A DNA stretch of 64,000 nucleotides. It comes from Botryllus schlosseri. Its lineage: Eukaryota. Location: assembly GCA_051294905.1 (NCBI GenBank), contig CM119372.1:26846001-26910000 (forward strand), written 5' to 3'. Below, in pieces: positions 38,803-50,471 of this stretch. The position numbers and the translations under genes are program-made. The notes under the pieces are model-generated. The model was not told the DNA's origin and searched no databases. It saw only the letters and a list, made by a program, of their open reading frames with translations. The first letter of the stretch is position 1. Each line of letters starts with the position of its first letter.

Positions 38803-39222
38803 GGTTCAAGGAGTCTTGCTCCGATTTGTCCACCAGTGACCACGGGATGATATCATCTTTATCCACTTGTAACGCCATCTTGCGACGTGAATATGTTTTG
38901 CATGACAGTCTCAAATCGGCTGGTGAAACAACGCGTTCTCGGTCAATCGATTCGATGGCAACACTGGACGAAAACGGATGTTAATGAGGGATACATTCGC
39001 ATGGAACTCTATACAGCAATTTATGAATCAAATGACGACGGACTGATGAAACAACTTTCCGCTATCGATGCATCTGGTATTTCATTGAGTCGTGATGAAG
39101 CTCATATCATTGGATCGCTGGCAGCAAGCAGTAAAAGTCTGATTTGCTTTAATTTATTCAACTGCAAAATGAAAAACGATGTAATTGCGATCATCGCAGG
39201 ATGCCTGGAATATCAAAAAGAT
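38803..39222 (+). pseudogene. NLR exon: end of helical domain and first LRR-like repeat, disrupted at its 5' end
   Basis: Phase-1 acceptor catatcag| matches the NACHT exon donor; phase-0 donor aaagat|gtaagt. ELYTAIYESNDD...IDASGISLSRDEAHIIGSL...LICFNLFNCKMKNDVIAIIAGCL. Stops and a frameshift in the first ~100 bp. Confidence 0.8.
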
Positions 39223-41267
39223 GTAAGTTTAAACACAATGAATTATTGGATTGATACATGGCTAGTGGCTACAGTGGCGCCCAATCTTTTCATGGTCCCA
39301 GGCCAATTTCCGATTTGAAAATGTTCCGCATAGCCCACCGTAAATTTGGAAGGGTGAATACAAATAAAAGTTTAGCACCTCTGCTCAGATTTACTAACGG
39401 TCCATTTGAGAAGCTCAGCAACTTCGCGATCCCCAGTAAATAAGCAAATGACCGCCAGGTTGCAAAACCCAGCTGTTTAGGCCAGCTACAAGCTCTGTGG
39501 ACCACTGAAAACAGCACCGTAACCCATTACTGGGCCTTGACCTATAGAATACAAACCTCATGTCTAGCGCGAGTTTGTCTCGTGTAGCCTCTATGCTGTC
39601 CACGAGGTATAGAGTTGATTGTTATGAGCTCGCAGCATTGATGGTTGATCTCAACGATATCACAGAATTCGCTTATATATTGTGTATTGTTTAGAGATCG
39701 AAACCTTTGAAAGGTTCGGGGTCGTGTGAACACGAACATTTGTAGAAAATGGACTATGAACACGAACCTTTTACGCCTGCCCGTTAAAATTGTCTATCGT
39801 AAACACTGAATCTCCGCAAGGTATAAAGCAGAAGTCGGGCCCTTTTTCGACAGAAGAGCCATATTCACCCTAAATTTTCAATTGTAATTCTTGAGGAGCC
39901 ATACACCGATGTCAAATTTCACGTCACGATCGAAAATCCGTGACGACATTGATGCACCAATTCGAAGTTAACTATACATAAGAGATTCATAAAGGCGTGA
40001 TGTTTTAATGCCCGGTTGCCAACAATCATTGACAACAGTAAACGTGCAAATCAACTGAATATTCTTCAGTAGCACGGCATTCCAAGAAATTCCATACATC
40101 GCGCGCGAGGGTACCATACCTCAATTGTACTACTGAAGAGATGTTCAATCAGTTGCTTCAAGTCGGGAGGAAACTTCCCCGGCGGATACCATTTCAAACC
40201 GATAATATTCGGTTAACTTTACTACTCAAGTTCTTCAGCGCTAACATAACGTCGAGTTACAACCAGGGCTTTGGAAGAGTCGTAAATTTTGAACTGCTCC
40301 GCCTCCAGCTCCGGCTCCAAAAACTATCGAATGATTCTATTGTAGCCGTCGCAAAGAACCGTCATTTTGTGGGTATGCATAGTCCTGTGACGTGTAATTA
40401 CTTCGTGTCGTCTGTCGATGACGTCATAGTCGTACGAGAAACCACTTTTCTCCATGTCTTTGCTATGTACATATTGTACAGCATTAAAGCAGTGACCTGA
40501 CGTTTTCATACCGGCACTGCGCTCGTCAATATCAAGCTATACACTTTAGTTTAATCTTTTGTTGAAGTGTAACTGCAATAATGAGCGCATGTCGCGACCT
40601 TATCAGCAGAAATCCACTTTCTACCTAATACCTAATGGCTTGAAATTCGATATTGGTTCGCTCGCTACCAGCTGGTCCTTTGTCAATCAAGTTTAGTGGA
40701 ATATAGAATTCAAACGAATCGAATAAACTCAGAATTAATGCATTAATGATGTTGCATCAATATTTGACAACTTATTTCAACGCCGTGCACTGTACAAGTA
40801 AGTAACGAATTAAAAGACAAGCTCACAAATGACATTGCGGAACAATGCAGACAAGAATGAATACACAAAATTGATGAGTACACAAAGTGCAAAGCGCGCA
40901 TCCAATCACTAATTGCCCTATTCTATCCAAAACACGGGCAGGGGTTCAAACATCGCATTGACTAGCTCGCATCGCGACAATAGTATGCGGACCATAATGA
41001 TGTTCTGGGCTGCTTCGATGCATTTCCCAATTTGTGTTCGCAAATCGCTGCTGGAGTAAAAACCATGCGTTGGATTGAATTTCAATTCGTAGGCATACAC
41101 AGTAACACATTGTCCAGTGTCGCGCTACAATTAAAAAACATCAAGAACGTGTATTTACTCATCCATTTCCAAATCGACATGTGCAAAAAAGTCACGTTTT
41201 TTTATCCTCTAGCGTTGCTAATTGCTAACTAGGTAAATTGCTCAACCTAACATACGCATCAATCCAG

Positions 41268-41411
41268 TTTGACGACATACATGGTGATCAAGGTGGTTTT
41301 TCCAACCACAGAATTGGCCATCGGATTTTTGCTGATAACGAAATTGCTGGTATGACGAATGCCCATAGTAAAGTAATTACGGAGCAGGCGCTGTATATCC
41401 CGCCTACCCAG
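41268..41411 (+). CDS. Possible phase-0 exon of the NLR gene (48 codons)
   Basis: ccag| acceptor, cag|gtttag donor, open frame FDDIHGDQGGFSNHRIGHRIFADNEIAGM... Only weakly LRR-like. Confidence 0.25.
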
Positions 41412-41516
41412 GTTTAGCACCTATGCATGAACTGAACAATTTAGGGTTTTCCATACTTTGGAAAATCTCAAATGATGCCTATCCAGTATCTATGTCTCAT
41501 GTCTCATATTATGTAT

Positions 41517-42900
41517 CACGCTGGTCAACACATATTTTTAGGCAAACAAAGTAAGAGTGGTTTGGGGTTTTTTGAAGGGCACTGATTTCGAATATTGCCT
41601 TGGTTCTTTTTTTTCAAATTGGCTCTAGTTTTGGGCTATTTCGAATAAAATCTCATATTTTCGATGTATGGGGTTGGATAAAAATTCGGCTCAGTCGTAC
41701 TCTAAAGTTCAGAAATTCAATCTACTTGTAATTTCTACACACTGAAGACTGTTTTATATCAAAATACAGCAGTAGCATCATATTCAGGGTTATTCTATTT
41801 GTCATAGTTGGGGAATTTCACGGATATCATGTGCATAAATAAATTCAGTCATCTATAGAAGTATTTACCTGGATACTCAAACAACATTGCATTAGTGCAA
41901 TCAGCTTTACGACATTTACCTATTGTAAATTCCAAATAATCTGTTGGAATATATCATTAGTAATTTATCGTGAAAAAACATCGTTTCTTGTACGAATTTC
42001 GTTTGTAAGCAATTTAATGCAGATTCACGAAAGGTTGCAGCAATAGTCTGCCGTAATATAATCATCTCATCTGCCCTGATATCTTTCTCCTATTGCTTTA
42101 ATGTCTTGGTGGAATCTTTCCGATTGCAATTCCCTCAAATCAACAAGATCAGTGCTGTTCAACCGTTTTGAGCTCCATTCGCACTTTTATTTTTTATATT
42201 AAATTTCATTCGCACAAACCAACCAATAATTGTTATAAAAAATACGCTGGAGATACTAAACAATATTTTGTTTAGGTGTGCCACAAATTTGCTACTTTAG
42301 CTTGGGCCATCAAGTGTTTCCTTAAAACGGCAACTCTTTTCCCTCGTTTTGATTTCAACTATTTCACTAAAGCCCTTCTCGGCCAAACAAGCTGTTTGGT
42401 TTTGTACAAGAACGTCTACTAGTGCTTGGGTGGCCAGGTCTTGACTACTGTTCGGCACTCCTATTCAAAATACAACGTATTTTCCGCGACTTAAAAATGT
42501 TTGCTGGCAGAAATCGTTTTTTAGAGATGATACAAAGGTACTGGAGGCTCCAGTCCGCCGAAAGGGCGAAAATCCACATGTTTGTGTTGAGGCTTTTGCC
42601 AGAGCTCCAAAATGATAAAGGAGAGTAGGCACATTAGAGCTCACTACCATATGATACGTTGCCCGAACTTGTGTTCTGTTTTTTTAGCGATTTCCAATTT
42701 TCTGTCTCGCGGGTAAATCACAAGATCAAAGAAAGTCACGAGACGATATTCAGCTCTTAAGCTCAATCTAATTTTAAAGCTCATAACAGTTCTATAACCT
42801 TAAAGCAGCTTATAACCTCAATCACGGGACAAACTAGTATTCAAATTAAAAGCATTTCTGGATCAGATTATAGAGCCTATAAATGTAGTCCACGTATTGA
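41517..42900 (-). mobile_element. Internally deleted Chapaev3-like (CMC superfamily) transposon
   Basis: Minus strand ERFHQDIKAIGERYQGR*..TADYCCNL, matching the ERFHQDI...RYQG...ADYCW motif. N-terminal remnant LYF...KTWPPKH near 42420-42500. CAC-like terminus at 41517. Colinear with 63408-64000. Right boundary approximate. Confidence 0.7.
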
Positions 42901-43029
42901 CACTAATAAGTATATTTTATGATCTCTAAATTCCAAAGAACTTTTAACCGACCGGTCAAAAACGCGTTGTGAGCCTCAATTGACCCGCGGGACGTACAGT
43001 GTCCAGGTCTGGTCTACCAACAAGATAGT

Positions 43030-43190
43030 GCAATGATGAAGCGTTCGGCTTCTTGATCAGTTGGTCGTGGGTTCAATCCCCTGCTTGGTCAGACCAAGGA
43101 CCTGATTCGTAACGCTGGTATCCATGACTTCCTTGCTTGACACTCATGCAATTCCGAGATAGCATGGAGAGTTGGTGCAAAACTTATAAA
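43030..43190 (+). mobile_element. tRNA-derived SINE, family 2
   Basis: ggtcgtgggttcaatcccc B-box region, followed by ggtcagaccaaggac...ctggtatccatgacttccttgcttgaacactca, which resembles the conserved central domain of MetaSINE-type elements (from memory). Confidence 0.65.
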
Positions 43191-43769
43191 ATCTTACAAG
43201 GCTGTCTCTGCACCTTCCTTGTCCAGCGGCATATGCACAATTGCACATCATGCACTCTTGGTATTCATTTGCACAGATGTATATCATGAGTCGGTGTATA
43301 TGCCGCAAAAACATCAAGGATAAAAATGAACTACATCCGTGTCAATGTATACGAGCAAGAATGTAAAACTTACACATTTGCAAATAAGAAACTTAAAAAA
43401 TTAGAAACTCTCAATATTTTGCATGAAAGTGATTCGCAGTAACAAATCACTGAGGGCGGGTTTCAAACAATCGACTTATGCCCATTATCGAGCTTAATCC
43501 GTATCATTTAATATTACGTCCGTTCCCATACTATGATTTGAGGAATTTAGCCCTGAAATTCGGGCATTGTTAAGACCGATAGCTGAGCCTGCTATAGAGT
43601 TGGCTAAAGTTGTCGACTGGTTCGTGTGCCATCGGTGTATATTCACACCCGTAAGTCAGCGGTGGTACATAGGTGGAAATACTCTCTTCCTGCGAAGAGT
43701 GCGGAATCCTACATTATTTTCTTTTGTTTTCATATTTTTCATTCGCAGCATCTCGTATTTGGAGTTTTT

Positions 43770-43960
43770 CTATACGAATATGGATTAGAAATATTGGAAT
43801 CGGGATTCGAATATCCGGATTTGGATTCGAATATCCGGATAATGGAAGCAGAAAATATAAATCTGGTTTCAAAGAAGAAATTCAGTTTTGGATTTCAAAA
43901 TTGGACGTAACACTTTTGATAAAATGAATCCAAATTCGTACCTAATCTGGGCTTTTTAAA
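43770..43960. repeat. MITE fragment with palindromic GGATTCGAATATCC motifs
   Basis: gggattcgaatatccggatttggattcgaatatccggat tandem palindromic motif; termini not resolved. Confidence 0.5.
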
Positions 43961-45826
43961 TCCGAAATGAGGGAGGGGCTGGTTAGTTTCATTATGAATC
44001 CTTTGCTGAATAGTTTTATTCGTATTGACTTGACATAACGGGCATAAATTCGCTTCCTGTAGCTGTGTAGCCCTGGTAATATCAATCACTGATAAGAGTC
44101 CTGATATCACAAAGTATGACAACGTCGATTTTAATGTACGCTGTATCGGAGACCATTCGACAGCAACGTAAATGAATACGGATCAATGAATATGTATTTC
44201 GAAGCTGAAGACTTGATCTAATACTGACTTTACCGTTCAGTTCTCGTCCACATTTCAATAAAATCTTTCCATCGTTCCAGGTGCAGGAAGTAAATGTGCG
44301 TCTCAACAATTTCTCAGCAACAGCACTACGTTCACTTCTCGGACATCGCCAGATTGAATCGCTAGCTGGAAAGTTACATTGGAAAGTGAGTTCGGTTCCA
44401 TGATTTAATTTAGTTCATCTACATTTGCTTTGATTGATCCGCATTGTGATTTGACTTTTTTTAGCCCGGATGCCCATCTTGTCGCAACCCCACGCTATTT
44501 ATCCGGGATTGGTACCGGCGTTGATTCAAAACGGATATTGCTATGGAGTGGTTGTGTTTTTGTGAGACAAACTAATAAATAATGCTAGTTGTGTCACAAA
44601 GTTTAATTGATGATTTCTTCGAAAGAACAATGAAACCGTTCGATGTTCCCTTCTGTTTTCAAGTCCATTTTTATGAATGTCTTATTTCCTGATTCCGGTC
44701 GCGGAATCGCTGACGTCACTGTATCCGCGTTATTACGTCACGTTATTTCAGCGATGATCGTTACTTTTCACGATCCAAAGTTTCATATCTGGACAATATT
44801 CAGGTTGTCTTGCTGGATTCAGACGGAGTTTATGGTGTTAAACTGAGGAACGAAGAAGATGCCATCAAGATTACTGGGATACATGTTGACGGGCATTTCA
44901 ACATAGAGGTCGAATATCACTATTATTTGAAGCGATTTGATGCTAATGCTTCAAAGCAAAAGTCTCTATTTCAATCGATCATGTTTCTGTCCGTTTCTTA
45001 CAATTTATATTTTACTTCAGCACCATAATACCTTTATGTTTTAAATTCGTTACGCCCTCGTGTCATTTTCTGTGAAGTGCGAGGTACACGAAAGCTAACA
45101 CGATGAGTTCGAACATTACATTACATTTTTATGTCGTGTATTATAACGAATGTACATATTCGAATAGTTCTTGCTTCATCCTGACTTGGAGGTCAGTAAC
45201 GTTCTGATAGGTTTCAGCGTTGCAACATTAATTGATGGATTGGTCAAGTCCGACCGATATGAGAGTCCTTTCTTATGTGAACAGTTAGCAGTCAAGTGAC
45301 CACACGATGCTTGTCTGATAAATATTCGAATATAAATGGACATATATCGATCATCTCGAAGTTAGCAGATTCGAGTTTGGTTTGCGATTGCGTCCAATAC
45401 CTATGGCGTTATTATCATATTCAGAACATAAATTTAATTGGTTTCGAGACATTTACCTGTTGCTTTGAGGCATTGAATTTCGCGAGGGATGGCTATAATC
45501 ATAACCATGGCTTTATTTCAATATCCAGTATAGTGTACAAATTCTTCTAATTCTAAAAACGAAATCGCCTGAATTTGTAGGAGCTATTACTGGGGTACTG
45601 TATCGAACAAAATTTACCAGATTTTTTTCATGCATCTCAAATGACGACATGAGTCGAATATCGAATGTAGCGCCGAAATTGCGCGCATTGGGCAAATCAA
45701 AGCGCTCCAGTTCCATGAATTGAAGCGCCGATATCCATATCAGGCAATTTCCGGTTTCGGTTGTCTGGTCCAATTGTACCAAGGTTTCTACATGTCCCCT
45801 CTTTTCATGACCTCATGTCCATATGC

Positions 45827-46794
45827 CAGTGTTGGGATGACTCGAGTCATGACTTGACTCGAGTCAGACTCGAGTCACTTTTTCGTATGACTTGACTTGA
45901 CTCGAGTCACTTTGCAAAAATGACTTGACTTGACTCGGTGCTTCAAAAATGCGGATTGACTCGTGACTTGGAGCAAAATTTACGAGTCAATTTCAAGTCA
46001 TCAAGTAAACGATATCAATCAAATCAGTGTATTTTGTGCATATGTTCGTTTTGTTCGCGATACGCTTGTGTCACTTGTGAGAGTAACCAGGCATTCACTG
46101 AATGCACGTTTGAATGATCCTCCATTATTGCATCACAAATATATTGACCACAAACGAATTGATCACAGGTTACGTTGTCGTAGTAGTAGTAGTAGTAGAA
46201 GAAGAAGAAGAAAAATGCAATAGCAATTAACGTATCTATGTTTCTTGGACGGCTCAGTGCTATCATTGCGCAGTGATCACCTTTATCAACCCTCTTGTAT
46301 GATTCAAATCCATAGCAATTTGTTACAACTTCTCGAGGCTTCGTATTCGATCCTATTGGTTGATATAATAACAGACTGCTGCATAGTTATACAGTTAGTA
46401 GCGTATTTTATTTGCGGTTCTACGTGTGCGTGATCGACGCCTTCTTGCATGCCTATTAAACTTTATATAAGTAATTTGAAGCAAGATAAATGGCAAATTA
46501 TTCTGTCTTTCACACAGCTAGCAAAATGTAATGACTTTGAATCGTCGCTGATACTTCGAAAATTCAATTTGACTTGAATTGTGACTTGACTCGTGACTCG
46601 ACTTGACTTGACTTGACTTGACTTGACTTGACTTGACTTGACTTGACTTGACTCGAGTCACATCCAAAAAACGAGTGACTTGACTTGATTCGAGTCACCT
46701 TCGAAAATCGATTGACTTGACTTGACTCGAGTCAAAATGTGTAATGACTCGAGATGACTCGTGACTCGAAGGTAGTGACTTGATCCCAACACTG
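45827..46794. mobile_element. hAT-type MITE with GACTT/GACTC repeats (968 bp), containing (GACTT)10 and an (AGT)n(AGA)n microsatellite
   Basis: TIR cagtgttgggat / atcccaacactg. Perfect TSD ccatatgc (45819-45826, 46795-46802). (GACTT)10 at 46600-46649. Confidence 0.93.
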
Positions 46795-47054
46795 CCATAT
46801 GCTAGTAAATATAGACTTAGTTCTGTGGACATATCAGCATGCGACACTTGAGCATAGCGACTTTGGACCATGGCGACGCGACAGTGGCAGTGACAAAGGC
46901 CTTTAAAAAAATTAGGCTATGCCATAATTGTGTAAATATTTTCCAAACAACATGTCGTATGAGCCTACAGACGATTACCACCGGAAATAGCCGACGTATA
47001 CGATATGGGATGGGTGAAACCCTCGATATAGTTGGTTCAACAGCTATACTACGT

Positions 47055-47320
47055 CTGTTTGTTTTGTGGTATTCGTGGTATTTGTCGACTACTATGGTCA
47101 TTTACACCAGGCCGATATTCTTCATTATTTTCCGTAACAGCCGACTTATTGCACGGCCCTCCTCTAGGCTTTTTGTGAGACACCGTTTATGCGGATGAGG
47201 AGGCGAGGAGGAGCCTAGGTAAACCTCCAACTCTTGGGTATCGGAATTCTGAAGTCGATTATACCGCGGATTATACCACTGCGCTATACCGTGGATTATA
47301 CCACTGCGCTATATCGCCAC
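47055..47320 (-). mobile_element. tRNA-derived SINE family 1 with a rearranged head
   Basis: Body and tail match family 1. The B-box region is replaced by a tandem repeat of gattataccactgcgctata. Confidence 0.8.
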
Positions 47321-47805
47321 AGCTATACAACATAGATAGATCATTGGTCAGGAATGACCGTTCTGATGATAATGACCGCCGACCGTAAATATGCTGCATG
47401 ACGATGTAGTCCTGGTTATACACATTTTGAACAAGGGCCTCATTTTAAACAGGTTTGTTTTAAATTGATCTTTGTGTTATATGCAATCCTAGGCCCGCCC
47501 TTTCTACGTCGTGCTCGATACTCTAATACAGTGGTTCGCAACCTTTTCCATCTCGTGGACCCCTTGAGCAATATTTGAGCCAATATTCCCCACTAGAGAA
47601 ATCAGCACGATTATAAAAAGGTCGCCTTTTCCCGCGCACACATCTGTTAACTGAAGAATACGACGGGCGTTACAGAGTGTTTGTGTCAAGGAGCGCCGCA
47701 ACAATATTTGTCGACCTCCAACAAAACAATGGCATTTGTCCCAATCAACACAATTTCTGGAAGGCTTCGCTATCAATGCACACTACCACAAATACACACG
47801 GTCAC

Positions 47806-48390
47806 TAGGGTTGTTCAAAAATAACTTTTTTTCCCGGATTCCAGCCATTCACTGATTAAATTGTCAGGTTACTCTAGAAAACGCTGCACACCAAATTTGG
47901 TTCAATTCTGACAAGTATAAGCCTCCGCAGCTCCAATTAAAATTTTCAATTTAATATGGAAAATTAAAATAAAAAATTTTCAAATTTTTCTGCCAACCCC
48001 ATAAAACTGTTGAGCTGTCTTCAAAGACGATGCAAAACAAATTTGACTCAATTCCGACCAGTAGAAGCGGAGTTATGTGAGTTTTTCGATGATACTCCTT
48101 GGATTATCTTTAATCGGTGGATAATCCGAGAATTATCAACGAAAAACTCACATAACTCTGCTTCTACTGGTCGGAATTGAGTCAAATTTGTTTTGCATCG
48201 TCTTTGAAGACAGCTCAACAATTTGATAAGGTTGGCAGAAAAATTTGAAAATTTTTTATTTTAATTTTCCCTAATAAATTAAAAATTTTAATTGGAACTG
48301 CGGAGGCTTATACTTGTTAGAATTGCACCAAATTTGGTGTGCAGCGTTTTTAGGGAATCCGGATAAAAAAGTTATTTTTCAACAGCCCTA
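47806..48390. mobile_element. Fold-back hAT-type MITE (585 bp, ~280-bp arms)
   Basis: tagggttgttcaaaaataac... / ...gttatttttcaacagcccta. TSD acggtcac/acgctcac (7/8). Confidence 0.92.
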
Positions 48391-48692
48391 ACGCTCACAC
48401 GCCCTTTCCGCAGCCAACCAAGTCCTATATCACGCGATTCGTACATCTGGCCGTGTTAGGTAACGGTGAACGCAAAACTTATTCATTTATGTTTATCTGC
48501 TCACCATGCACTAATCGCTGATATAACTGCTGTGAAACATCAGTATGCCTAAATTTTACTAGTCGCGTGAATTTTTTTTGTAGTTGATGTAAGAATCCAT
48601 ATATAGCATAAACCTCATCAGATGTCCAGCAGGAGCTCATGGAATTGGTGTGTTCGAAAATTTAGGACACCCATGCCACAGAGTGAGGACTA

Positions 48693-49091
48693 TTATTGAA
48701 GTTTCGGATGGGTCCAGATTACTTTATTGAAGTATGTTGTTATTTCGTGACCTCCGGTAAAGATTGTTGCTAGGCTACTCGACAGATTCAAAATTGTTAT
48801 TTCTTGACTGGGTGATGTTTCCGACCCTTGTTGGGTCGCATTTGTACCGCTGGGTTCAGATTTCAATGGCAGGCAGGAATATTCGTAAAAGTTATTTCGG
48901 AGCCGCGCAGTCATATCAATGTCAACGGTTTCTGTGAATATTTTTCGGTCATTTTGGATTTTAAGTGTAATCACCGCCGTTGATCTTTCTGGGAGAACAC
49001 TCTGCGGATTCGCAGATTTCGCGAAACGTTTATATGTCGTGATGTCACCTAGCTCAGCTTTGCACGTGCCTAATGATCCCGCACTAGCCTA
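48693..49091 (-). other. Unassigned ~130-codon stop-free frame (possible exon or decayed gene)
   Basis: The frame of ORF 48693-48974 stays open upstream to ~49091 and lies in non-repetitive sequence. No recognisable domain. Confidence 0.25.
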
Positions 49092-49274
49092 CTGCACGAC
49101 TCTAGACTAACCCATCCCTACGGCCTCAAGAGAGACTAAAAAAATACCGTCCTCTCATAATTGCAAACACAGTACTCTATTCTGTAAATCAGGCGTATTT
49201 GATGCGTTATTTTATTCCTTTTTAGTTTTCTAGATGCACTAAACCGTGCGAAACGGAAAAAGAAATATTTCAGG

Positions 49275-49550
49275 TTTTGTTTTGTTTTGAGGTATTCATG
49301 GTGTTTGTTGACTACTATGGCCTACTATGGTTATTTACACCAGGCCAATTTCTTAATCTTTATTCCGTAACTGCCGACTTGTAGCACGGCCCACTTCTAG
49401 GCTTTTATAAGGCACCGCTTACACGGATGATATTGCGAGGAGCAGCCTAGATAAACCTCCAACACTTAAGTAGGAATTCTGGAGTCGAGCTCGGTCGTAC
49501 TCGAACCCACAATCCATTGGTGTCGTGGCTGTGGATTATACCACTTTGCC
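49275..49550 (-). mobile_element. tRNA-derived SINE family 1
   Basis: Reverse-complement B-box (ctcgaaccc); body and tail match 26334-26608. Confidence 0.85.
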
Positions 49551-49716
49551 CCAAAATAGTCTATTCATTGCTCATTAAATAAAAATTACAAAAGAATCGA
49601 AGGCATGGTCCCTTTTCCTCTTGTTAATAAATATAGCACAATAAAATGTAGTTCCTCACTTTCCGTTTTGGCAACATTGCACCAGGTTTAGCATGTTTTT
49701 ATCGCTGAGGTAGGTG

Positions 49717-50255
49717 CAGGGTTGTAACCAAGTCACAAGGCTCCGAATCACAACTCAATGTCACTTTTCTAGTTTTGACTCGAGTCAAGTCGATTCCTTT
49801 TCAATTCACCACCAAGTCAAGTGCGAGTCGAAGTCAGCGAGCAGAGGATCGAGTCCGAGTCATGGTATCATGGCTCGAGTCCGAGTCCAAATCATTGTGT
49901 TGACTGCTCAGTTTCCAGTTAAACTGTTGTTAAACCCACTTTTTATAACTCTGTTTGGTGATATCGAATGGTTCGCATTTATAATATACTAATTTTCCTC
50001 ACTTTTAGTAGTTTCTGGTCTCATTTTCAAGTACCAATACATTAAATGCCAATAGTTACTTTACTACTCTTCGAAATTACAAAGAAATGTCGGTCTTGGC
50101 CGTCTGAGTCTCGAGTCAGATGACTTGGTTCGAGTCAAAGTCGAATCAATACACAATTTGACTCGAGTCGAGTCATTTCCGTAAGTCGAGTCATCACCAA
50201 GTCGTTACTTGAGTCGGACTCGAGTCTACTCATGACTCGAGTCATTACAACCCTG
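49717..50255. mobile_element. GAGTC/GACTC-rich hAT-type MITE (539 bp)
   Basis: TIR cagggttgtaa / ttacaaccctg. Perfect TSD ggtaggtg (49709-49716, 50256-50263). Confidence 0.93.
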
Positions 50256-50471
50256 GGTAGGTGTTCAATAAAATAAAGCTAGTTCACTTGTTATCTCTTT
50301 GACTTGAATCGGTGACGTTGAAATGTTTTTCACTAGAGATTTCAAATAGCATTTGAAAATACTTCCGAAAAAAAAACAGCCATAAGGAACATAACCAGAA
50401 GACTACTTGATTGACAGCTTGAAGACGAAACATTTGGTAAATCCGTTGCAATTCTAAAGCAAACTTCCCCC

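Noticed and set aside
44690-44760. CRE/ATF-like promoter (tgacgtca)
   Set aside because: The motif recurs many times across the window, often in repeats; there is no independent evidence of a transcription start.
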